In this document: piece after piece, positions 23,245 through 33,640 of the stretch
Layout of the letters: each line of letters opens with the position of its first letter
Numbering within the stretch: the stretch's first letter is position 1
Origin: Pristiophorus japonicus
Lineage: Eukaryota
Reading direction: 5' to 3'
DNA length: 64,000 nucleotides
Assembly: GCF_044704955.1 (NCBI RefSeq)
Contig: NC_091989.1
Coordinates: 85,374,001 to 85,438,000 of the forward strand
Translations under genes and position numbers: made by a program
Notes under the pieces: generated by a model
The model's input: the letters and a program-made list of their open reading frames with translations, nothing else
Database searches by the model: none
Told to the model about the DNA's origin: nothing

Positions 23245-26200
23245 ATGAAGATAACCATAGCCAGCCTCAACATCAACGGCGGCAGAGAGGCACACCGTAG
23301 ATTTAACAATTTTTCGCTCCTGCGGGAGGGGAAATATGCAGTGTGCTTCCTGCAAGAAACCCACACCGTTCCGGGAGATGAAGCCACGTGGCTCCTGGAA
23401 TGGCAAGGAGAGGTCTGCATGAGCCACCTCACCGCCACTTCTTGTGGGGTGGCCATCTTGTTGGCCCCGCATTTTCAGCTGGAGATCTTGGGGGTCGAGG
23501 AGCCCGTGCCAGGCCGCTTGCTGCATGTCACGGTTCACCTGGGAGACGTGCCACTCCATCTCATGAATGTGTACGCCCCTCAGCCTGGACCGCAGCAAAG
23601 ACGCTTCTTCGAAGAGGTGTCCGCTCTTCTTGGCTCCGTCGACGTCGGCGACTGCATTGTCCTCGGGGGGGGATTTTAACTGCACCCTCAAGGCGAGGGA
23701 CCGCTCCGGTGCCCCGCAGAGCATGATGGCGATGGAGAAGTTGAGGGACCTGGTCGGGTCCTTCGACTTGGTGGACGTCTGGCGAAATCTCCATCCCGAC
23801 CCCAGCGCCTTCACTTTGGTCCAGAGTCGACCGCCTTTACATGTCTCGGGCGTACGTTTCCTGCGTCCCGGCGGCCTCCATGCATCCGATGCCATGTTCG
23901 GACCACCACCTGGTGTGGGCGGAGCTCGCTTCGCTCCGCGCGAGGACGGGGTCCGCGTACTGGCATTTTAACAACCAGCTGCTGCGGGACGTGCGGTTCC
24001 AGGACTCGTTCCGTCATTTCTGGGCCGACTGGCGAAGGAAGAGGGGAGCTTCCTCTCCTTGAGGTTATGGTGGGATGTGGGCAAGGCTCACGTCCGCGTC
24101 TTCTGTCAAGAGTACGCGAGGGAGTTGACAAAGGGGCGGGCGGCCAAGGTCGGGCGCCTAGAAAAAGAGGTGCTCGACCTGGAGTCCCGTCTCGGTCAAG
24201 TCGTCGAGGACCCGACACTGCGGATGGTGTACGAAGTGAAGAAGGCCGCGCTGAATGACCTGCAGCTCGTCGGGTCCCGAGGCACGTTCGTGAGGTCGCG
24301 GATCCGGTTCCTGCGGGATCTGGACCGCGGTTCCCACTCCTTAAGAACTAGCGCCCGGTCTCCCTCCTCAGCACGGACTACAAAATCTTCGCCAGGGCGA
24401 TGACTGCTCGCCTTGGCGCCGTGCTGGAACACATGATCCAACCCGAAAAGTACTACACGGTCCCGGGCCGGACAATCCACGATAACATCCATCTGGTCCG
24501 GGACCTCATCCATCATTCCCAGGAGGCTGGTCCGTCGGTCGCCTTCCTATCCCTCGACCAAGAGAAGGCGTTCGACAGGGTGGATCACAACTATCTGTTC
24601 GGGACTCTGCACGCTTTCAGGTTCGGGATGCATTTCGTTGCCTGGATCCGACTTTTGTATGCCGCCGTGGAGTGTCTGATTAAGGTTAATGGGTCCTTGA
24701 TGGCGCCCGTTCGCTTTGGGAGAGGGGTGCGCCAGGGATGCCCCATGTCTGGCCAGTTATATGCCATTTGCGTGGAGCCTTTGCTGCGCCTCCTGCAGAC
24801 GAGGTTGACGGGACTGGCTCTGCAAGGGCCGGGCATGGAGGTCGTCCTCTCGGCTTACGCCGATGACGTGCTCCTCGCGGCAGAGGATCCCACTGACCTG
24901 TGGAGGATGCGTGAGTGCCAGGAGATTTACTCGGCCGCATCCTCCGCCAGGTTCAACTGGGAGAAATGTTCCGGACTCCTAGTGGGTCAGTGGCGGGTGG
25001 ACTCCCTGCCGGAGGAGCTCAGGCCTTTTGCCTGGAGCACAACCCATCTCCTCTATCTGGGAGTCTACCTTCGCCCCGACGAGGAAGCCTGGCCGCCGAA
25101 CTGGCAAGAGCTGGAGACCAAGGTCGCCGCTCGCCTAGGGCGCTGGACAGGACTGCTCCGAATGCTGTCCTACAGGGGTCGAGTGCTAGTCATAAAGCAG
25201 CTGGTGGCTGCCATGTTGTGGTACTGGCTGGTCACTTTGACCCCTCCCCCTGCGTTTGTCGCCAAGATACAGAAGAAGCTGGTGGACTTCTTCTGGAACA
25301 ACAGGAAGCACTGGGTCTCTGCCGCGGTCTTGAGTCTCCCGTTTGGGGAGGGCGGTCAGTCGTTGTTGTGCGTCAGCACACAGCTCGCGACTTTCCATCT
25401 TCAGACCCGGCAGAGATACCTTTACGTCGAACCCCTTCCTAGCTGGCGTGCTCTGGCGACGTATTTCTTCCGCCAGCAGCACGGCCTCAACTACGACACG
25501 CAGCTCCTGTTTGTGAGCTTGGGGGGCGTCAGGACCGCCTTCCAGGAGCTGCCCGTCTTTTACAAGGAACTCACCAGGGTCTGGAATAAAGTCTCCACCA
25601 AGCGCAGCTCTCCACCGGCTGGAGTGGCAGCTGTCCTGCAGGAGCCGCTGCTCGGGAATCCGTACATCCACGACCGAGGTTTCAGGTGGCGGTCGGACGA
25701 GAGGGCTGTGGCTGGTGAGGTGACCAGGGTCAGGGACCTGCTCGATGGCGGAGGAGGGGGCTGGATGGCGCCAGACACGCTGGTGCGGTGCCTAAATTCT
25801 GCCAATGTCCGCCGCGTGGCCGATGCCATCGAGTTGCTAAAAAAAACTCTGGGCCCCGATTCCATTAGCTGCATCGAGGAGGCTCAAGCACGTGGGGAGA
25901 TCCCATCCGAACTGACCCCAGTCCGGACGGAATTCCTCATCAGCACCAAACCCCGGAACCTCCCTCGGGAGCCGGTGCCTCACAACTTGAGCCGCCTCGA
26001 GGAAATCCCCTCCGTGCCTTTCAGTTCCGCGCGGAGGGGTTTCCTGTACGGGCTGCTATTGCACACTCTCAACTTTGCCATCCTCGCCTACCATCCGGAC
26101 ACTCCATGGCATACCATCTTGCCATCCGGAGGAGGCGAGGGTCCCCGATGGAGGGCACTCTACGCGGGAGTCCTCCCACTATTTATCGGGGACTTGGCCT

Positions 26201-26682
26201 GGAGGGTGGTGCACGGAGCAGTGCCGTGCAATAAATTTTTACGCCGGTTCACGGGCTCCCAGGCCGCCTGCAATTTCTGCGGTCTGGAAGAGTCCGTGTT
26301 CCATGTTTTTATCAGATGCACAAGGTTGCAGCCCCTGTTTTATTATTTAAAGTGGCTGCTCCTGAAATTCTGGCTGCACTTCAGTCCCACACTCCTGATC
26401 TTTGGGCACCCTGTGCGGAGGGGAGCGGGTATGTCTGAGGGCCTCCTCGTAGGACACCTCCTGGGCACGGCCAAGGGTGCCATCAGCCGGTCCAGGCAGC
26501 GGGCGGTCGAGGGGGTCGTTCAACCTGACAGCCTGCCTCTCTTCCGCGCGTACATCCGCGCCAGGGTGTCCTTGGAGATGGAGCACGCGGTGTCCACCGG
26601 TACGCTCGCAGCCTTCCGCGAAAGGTGGGCACCGGAGGGACTGGAGTGCATCGTCACCCCCGGCAACCAAATTTTAATTTGA
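23245..26682 (+). pseudogene. Tx1 ORF2, copy 2
   Basis: APE motifs present, with an extra G at about 23670, a 20-nt deletion at about 23820 and a deletion of about 440 nt at about 24338. After that, 760 codons are uninterrupted (24400-26682) with DQEKAFDRV, GVRQGCPMSG, YADDV, YLGV and CCHC. Confidence 0.93.
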
Positions 26683-26926
26683 TTTTATGTTTTCAGGTTT
26701 ATTTTGTTTAATTGCCGGTGTTTTTTAGTGTCCCCCTCGCCTTTTATAGGGGGCACTTGGAGGCAAAATATGATTTTAATGCCCCAAAATAACAAAAAAA
26801 ACAACAACAAAAAAAACCACAAAAAAAACAAAAAAGGGACTGGAAAATGTTTGGTGTGTCCCCCAGATCGGGGGGCCACGATTTAATGTTTTATGTTTCC
26901 TATCAAAAGAGTTCTGTGGAAACGTG

Positions 26927-27308
26927 TCCGCACGTACATCCGCGCCAGGGTTTCTTTGGAGATGGAGCATGCGGTGTCCACCGGTACGCACGCGGCCTTC
27001 CGTGAGAGGTGGGTGCCGGAGGGACTGGAGTGCATCGTTACCCCTGGCAACCAAATTTTAATTTGTTTTTATTTATTTTACAGTTTGATTTGTTTTAATT
27101 GCCAGTTTTAGTGTCCCCCCTTTTATAGGGTGCACTTGTAGAATTAATGATTTTATGGCCCCCAAATTTTTTTTTTTTAAGTTTTTAAAAATGTCAAAAA
27201 AACAAACCAAAAAAACAAAAAAAGGGCCGTTTGAAAAATGGTTGGAGTGTCCCCCAGATTGGGGGGCATTTGATTTAATGTTTATTTCGTTATCCGACCA
27301 AAAAGAGT
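26927..27308 (+). mobile_element. Tx1 copy 3, 5'-truncated (about 380 bp), in tandem behind copy 2
   Basis: Encodes the ORF2 C-terminus RTYIRARVSLEMEHAVSTG...PGNQILI plus the 3'UTR, ending AAAAGAGT. TCTGTGGAC follows at 27309-27317. Its sequence differs from the 3' end of copy 2. Confidence 0.92.
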
Positions 27309-28571
27309 TCTGTGGACAAGTGCTCCAAGGTCTCTTTGTTCATCTACGCTATTAAGTGGCCTACCACTTAATGTGTATACCATTTCCTTATTAGCCCTGC
27401 CAAAATGCATCACCTCACACTTCTCTGAATTAAATTCCATTTGCCACTGCTCTGCCCACCTGACCAGTAGATTGATATCCCGCTGCAGCTCATGACTTTC
27501 CTCTTCATCATCAACCACACAGCAAGCTTTAGTGTCGTCTGGGAACTTCTTCATCATACTTCCGATATTCAAATTTAATCGTTGATATATACCACAAAAA
27601 TCAAGGATCCAGTGCTAAGCCATGTAGAACTCCAAAGGAAATATCCTCCCAGTCACAAAAACATCCATCAATCATTACACTTTGCTTCCTACCTTCAAGC
27701 TAATTTTGGATCCAACTTGCCACTTTGCCCTGGATCCCATGGGCTTTAACGTTCATGACCATTCTACCATGCAGCACATTATCAAAAGCCTTACTAAAGT
27801 GCATGTATACTACATCGTATGCACTACCCTCATCGACCCTCTTGGTTACCTCCTAAAAAAATTAAATCAGTTTCGTCAAACAAGATCTTCCCTTAACAAA
27901 TCCGTGCTGACTGTCCCAAGTTAATCCTTGACTATCCAAATGCAGATTTATCCTGCCTTTCATGATTTTTTCCAATAATTTTCCCACAACTGACTTTAGG
28001 CTGACAGGTCTATAATTAGTTAGTCTTTCCCGTTTTCCATTCTTAAACAAGGGTACTACATTAGCAGTCCTCCAATCCTCCGGCACCATGCCCATATACA
28101 AAAAGGACAGGAACATGATGGGCAAAGCCTTTGCTATTTCCTCTTTTACTTCGCTGAACAACCTGGGATGCATTTCCTCCCGGCCTAGGAATTATCTACT
28201 GTCAAAGCTACCAAACCCTGTAATACTTCCTCTGTCACTATATTTAATTCAGCCAGAATATCACACTCCTCCTCTATAGCAATATCTGCATTACCTCTTT
28301 CCTTTGTGAAAACAGATGCAAAGTATTCGTTAAGACCCCTACAACAACTTCCACCTCCTCACAAAGATTACCCTCATGGTCTCTAATAGGCCTTACCCTT
28401 TCCTTAGTTACCCTCTTAATCGTAATATATTGATAGAATATCTTAGGTTTTTCCTTAATTATTACTGGCCAATAATTTCTCGTGCTCTCTGTTAGCATTC
28501 CTAATATCCTTTTAAATTTTACCTCTTATCTTTCTATATTCCTCTAAAGTATTCTAAAGTATATAGCCATT

Positions 28572-30063
28572 GACTCTGGATCAGTTCCTATGGAGTGGAG
28601 GGTAGCAAATGTAACCCCACTTTTTAAAAAAGGAGGGAGAGAGAAAACAGGGAATTATAGACCGGTCAGCCTGACCTCAGTAGTGGGTAAAGTGATGGAA
28701 TCAATTATTAAGGATGTCATAGCAGTGCATCTGGAAAATGGTGACATGATAGGTCCAAGTCAGCATGGATTTGTGAAAGGGAAATCATGCTTGACAAATC
28801 TTCTGGAATTTTTTGAGGATGTTTCCAGTAAAGTGGACAAGGGAGAACCAGTTGATGTGGTATATTTGGACTTTCAGAAGGCTTTCGACAAGGTCCCACA
28901 CAAGAGATTAATGTGCAAAGTTAAAGCACATGGGATTGGGGGTAGTGTGCTGACGTGGATTGAGAACTGGTTGTCAGACAGGAAGCAAAGAGTAGGAGTA
29001 AACGGGTACTTTTCAGAATGGCAGGCAGTGACTAGTGGAGTGCCGCAAGGTTCTGTGCTGGGGCCCCAGCTGTTTACATTGTACATTAATGATTTAGACG
29101 AGGGGATTAAATGCAGTATCTCCAAATTTGCGATGATACTAAGTTGGGTGGCAGTGTGAGCTGCGAGGAGGATGCTATTAGGCTGCAGAGTGACTTGGAT
29201 AGGTTAGGTGAGTGGGCAAATGCATGGCAGATGAAGTATAATGTGGATAAATGTGAGGTTATCCACTTTGGTGGTAAAAACAGAGAGACAGACTATTATC
29301 TGAATGGTGACAGATTAGGAAAAGGGAAGGTGCAACGAGACCTGGGTGTCATGGTACATCAGTCATTGAAGGTTGGCATGCAGGTACAGCAGGCGGTTAA
29401 GAAAGCAAATGGCATGTTGGCCTTCATAGCGAGGGGATTTGAATACAGGGGCAGGGAGGTGTTGCTACAGTTGTACAGGGCCTTGGTGAGGCCACACCTG
29501 GAGTATTGTGTACAGTTTTGGTCTCCTAACTTGAGGAAGGACATTCTTGCTATTGAGGGAGTGCAGCGAAGGTTCACCAGACTGATTCCCGGGATGGCGA
29601 GACTGACCTATCAAGAAAGATTGGATCAATTGGGATTGTATTCACTGGAGTTCAGAAGAATGAGAGGGGACCTCATAGAAACGTTTAAAATTCTGACGGG
29701 TTTAGACAGGTTAGATGCAGAAAGAATGTTCCCAATGTTGGGGAAGTCCAGAACCAGGGGTCACAGTCTGAGGATAAGGGGTAAGCCATTTAGGACCGAG
29801 ATGAGGAGAAACTTCTTCACCCAGAGAGTGGTGAACCTGTGGAATTCTCTACCACAGAAAGTAGTTGAGGCCAATTCACTAAATATATTCAAAAGGGAGT
29901 TAGATGAAGTCCTTACTACTCGGGGGATCAAGGGTTATGGCGAGAAAGCAGGAAGGGGGTACTGAAGTTTCATGTTCAGCCATGAACTCATTGAATGGCG
30001 GTGCAGGCTAGAAGGGCTGAATGGCCTGCTCCTGCACCTATTTTCTATGTCTATGTTTCTATG
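28572..30063 (+). mobile_element. Young 5'-truncated CR1 inserted in host 2
   Basis: RT ORF 28590-29965 is broken by only one frameshift (about 29131). Motifs [29 protein letters not shown] and FRRMRGDLIE. Tail ttctatgtctatgtttctatg. Confidence 0.93.
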
Positions 30064-32024
30064 TGACATAAGCGTCCTTTTCTTCTTAATCCTCCTCTGT
30101 AAGTCGCTAGAAATCCTGGAGGCTCTTGAATTATTTTCCCCAGCTTTTTTTTTTAAGGGCACATGTATGGCCTGAACCTTTCGGATCACCTCCATGAATG
30201 CCACCCACTCTTCCGAGTATGATTTACCCACAAGTAGCCGCTTCCAGTCCACTGTGGCCAAAACACTCCTTAACTTAATAAAATTAGCATTTCCCAATTC
30301 GGAACATTTATTCCAGGCTGATTCTTGTCCTTATCCAAAACCAATTTGAATCAGACTGAATTATGGTCACTGGCACCCAAATGCTCTCCCACTAATACCC
30401 CATCAATTTGACCAGCTTCAATCCCAAAAACTAATTCCAAGACCGCCTCCTCTCGTGTTGGGCTTGCTATCTACTAAGTAAAGAAGTTCTCGAATGGATT
30501 TCAAGAATTCCACACCCTCTATACCCTTCACACTAACTTTGGCCCAATCAATATTTCGATAGCGAAAATCCCCTATTATTACTACCTTATGCTTTTTAGA
30601 CATCAAAGCAATTTGCCTACATATTTGCTCCTCTTTCTTCCTCCCACTGTTTGGCTATCTATAATCCACTCCCAGCACTGTGATCGCCCCTTTGTTAGTA
30701 TTCAGTTCGACTCATATGGCCTGAGTTAATCATCCCTCTAACATATCATCCCTCCTCACCGCTGTAATAGTTTCTTTAATTAGTACCACAAACCCTCCCC
30801 CCTCCACCCCACACCACATTTTATCCACCTCCCAATCTTGTCCAAAAATCCTGTAGCCAGGAATATTAATCTGCCGAACAGTCATTCTTTCAGCCATGTT
30901 TCTGTAATAGCTATAATATCATACTCCCAGCTCATCGCATTATTCGCTATACTGCTTGCATTAAAGTATATACCATTCAGCACAGGAAGACCACCTTGCT
31001 TACTATATACTAAGTCCTGTTTCCTCTGTCTTACAAATAATGAATATGTTACCTAATTTGTCGTGTAATATATAATGCATGTGAGTGAGCTCATAGGAAT
31101 TCTCTATCCAATGATTTCTGCTAAATAATATAAAGTAAATTCAATACGAAGTACATATGACCCATTATTTTTTATTTTCCTTAATCCAAAAATTCAGATC
31201 ACTTCTGGTATCAACTCTTCCCTGGATCTGTTATTCCCTGTTGCAATTTCCCTGTTGGACAAAGTATTATCAGCTTGAATGCAATTTGTAATTCATTCGG
31301 AACTTTATTTGCTGCTCTAATGCTATTTAGTTATATGTCCCATCTTAGTTTATTACAACTGAAATGTAATGAAAATAAAGAATACTGGCTCTGGCAATCT
31401 GCTGGGCATTCTGAAAAGACCACCAAAACCGTCAGAAACCTGGTATAAACGGCTATTTGAGCAATTTCTCGACAGATTGCGTTGCCAACCTTCCAAGCTA
31501 GGACAGGAAACTTGGCAAACTGCTGCTGAATTAAAGTGCCAGTGTTAAATATATCAAGTGGCAAATTAATCGTGGTTCTGATGAGTGCAAATAAAAAATA
31601 CACTGGTTTTTTGATCGAACAATGATTGAATGGATGACTCAAACTTTGGGCCTGAGGTATTTTCTTTTTGCAACATTTTGATAATAAACCAGTGCGGTCT
31701 GTTGTGCAATCCTCCAAGTAGCCATAAAATGACATCGCTTCTGATAAATGCTACACTTTTCCAAGAGTCAGACCGTTTGATAAGAACGCATTTAAAATTG
31801 ATTTCTTAAGGTTGATCTCAAACAAATTATGAAACATTGCTGAAATGATTTTATTTGCAATATTGATGAAATCTTAATTTCATTACTGGATGACATTTTT
31901 GCACAAAATTAATTGTTTTATATTGTGAGAAGATTTATTTTTTGTTAATTTATTTTTCTAGAGTTGAGTGCGATGCTGGAAATGTCATATTTACTGAGCT
32001 TTCCTTGTTTCTCTGAGAAAGTAC

Positions 32025-32755
32025 AGGCCGAAATTCCCTTGTTCTGCATCTCTCATTAGCACCTCTAGGGGCGCTAACTGGCAGGAAACTATTTTCGGCG
32101 GGGTGCAAACGACTCCCACAAAATTGTATTAGAATTAGGTGAGGCAGAGGTGCGAAATTGGCAGCAGCGCACTCTGATATTACTGCCCTGGGTTCCATGG
32201 CGGAACTTAGCCAGCACCCCTCGACAGGCAATGTCAGCAACAGCTACGCGAATCTTGAATGGGGCCGACCTTCGATTGTGGAGCAGAAGTTAAAGGAGAC
32301 ATGCAATGTAGGTCCTACTGCCATTATTTTTCTTCGGGAGACACATCGGTCGTTTCATTCCAGTTTGCTGCCGCGTAGACTGGGCCTCCATCATGCAGTC
32401 CCTGCACTCCGTCTCAGTGCAGGGCTGTGGCCATGTCTACACGCAACCTTGGTAGCCCAGTGGAGGTCTTGAAATGGCCATGTAGAGGTTTAGCATCCCT
32501 CTACTTTAACGGAATGGGAAGGGAATTGAAAGCATAAGTGATACTTGTAGAATCCAAGTAGCACTATCGAAGCCACCTGAGTAACATCCCTGAACCTTTC
32601 CAAAAGGGAATTGGAGCACGCAACTTGTGCTCCACTTCCTGTGAGGCGAATTAACCACTTTCGTGTGGCCGAGCCAGACTTCCCCCATGGGCGCAGGAAG
32701 TCCCGCCTCACCATGGTTACCGCCCCCAAATCGGGTGGAACCTAATTTTACCCCC
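32025..32755. repeat. Probable non-autonomous interspersed repeat
   Basis: A relatively GC-rich block in an AT-rich intron, bounded by imperfect inverted ends (ggccgaaatt ... aattttaccc). No coding signal. Confidence 0.3.
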
Positions 32756-33449
32756 TAAATATGTCACACGGCATTAACTTACCTATCATGATGACTGAAA
32801 TAAAACATAACAGGAGATCCATAGCAGTATATAACATTTGGTTTTGATCAGTAACATATTACACTTAATACGTAGAGAATTAGAAAGATTAAATCGGGAT
32901 GTTATGGTTTAGCACCACAGTTAACCGGATAGCTAATAACATTCCCCTTTGGTGATATTGAAGCACAGAGAAAATAAAAATGAAATGGGATGGGTTTTGC
33001 CAGAGAAAGCGCATTCGCAGATGTTCTATAGTGCGCTAACATGCCATACGTTTAAAGACCAACTCAGTTTTGGAATTAAACAAACCTGTTATTGCACACA
33101 GTATATCAATCAATGGCATATTAGCGCATGCAAACCAAATTCATACTAATTGCAGTGACTATATTTCCACTCGATCAACTATTTATAATCAACTAGCAGG
33201 CACTGGTGAAAAAGTTGTTTGGTTCCTGCCTCGATTAGGATATTTGAAGAAAAGCATAATGAGATTTAACAATGGTTCCAAAATGCTAATATTTATTTCC
33301 CATAGTATGTTGTTGTTCTCATATCATTACATATGCAAAGTAGGAACGAAATATTATATTTTGCCGCTTCTTTATTTGTGTCATTTATTGAGTAATGTTA
33401 CAAAATAATACTCCTTATAGCACAAAATCCATAATTTTGTATATTGCAG

Positions 33450-33568
33450 GTTCCAATTACAGACTTCGCGATGCTTTGATCTGCAGGTTGATATTTGGTT
33501 TCTTAATAGTTCTGTTGCTATCTTTCCTTGTTGCCGACCATTTTATGGCTCACCTCCATTGCAGGTAA
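33450..33568 (+). CDS. IgSF VJ-C1 receptor gene, exon 4 (transmembrane segment with Arg, short tail)
   Basis: Acceptor aattttgtatattgcag, phase 1 and compatible with exon 3. Translates (S)SNYRLRDALICRLIFGFLIVLLLSFLVADHFMAHLHCR*. A donor CAG|gtaaag at 33565 overlaps the in-frame TAA at 33566-33568. Linkage across the 17 kb intron is inferred. Confidence 0.72.
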
Positions 33569-33640
33569 AGCATTATTTATTGTTTCAAACGATCAATAGT
33601 CCTATTTTTAAGTATTAATTCGAACATTGGCGGTACATTG

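Larger units (their letters stand above)
20203..26912 (+). mobile_element. Tx1-clade non-LTR retrotransposon, copy 2, near full length, with an internal deletion of about 440 bp
   Basis: Colinear with copy 1. Preceded by TCTGTGGAC (20194-20202). Ends AAAAGAGT, followed by TCTGTGGA (26913-26920). Confidence 0.95.
19161..31035 (-). mobile_element. CR1 LINE (host 2, same family as host 1), split by Tx1 copies 2 and 3 and by a younger CR1
   Basis: (ATAGAAAC)-like tail at 19161-19190 and the same long 3'UTR as host 1. RT motifs PQLEYCVHFW, EQRDLGALVHR and NYRPVSL; endonuclease-region motif IIGDF. Possible duplication CAAATA at 19158-19163 and 31034-31039. Confidence 0.88.

Noticed and set aside
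3521-28330. Segmental duplication as the explanation for the two CR1+Tx1 units
   Set aside because: Similarity stops at the CR1 boundaries, the hosts are more diverged than the inserts, the lesions traced are not shared, and a third insertion uses the same motif. Disfavoured but not formally excluded.
31331-31735. 134-aa minus-strand ORF, or an extra exon in the C1-TM intron
   Set aside because: No motif, and the plus-strand frames I checked after nearby AG sites hit stops quickly.
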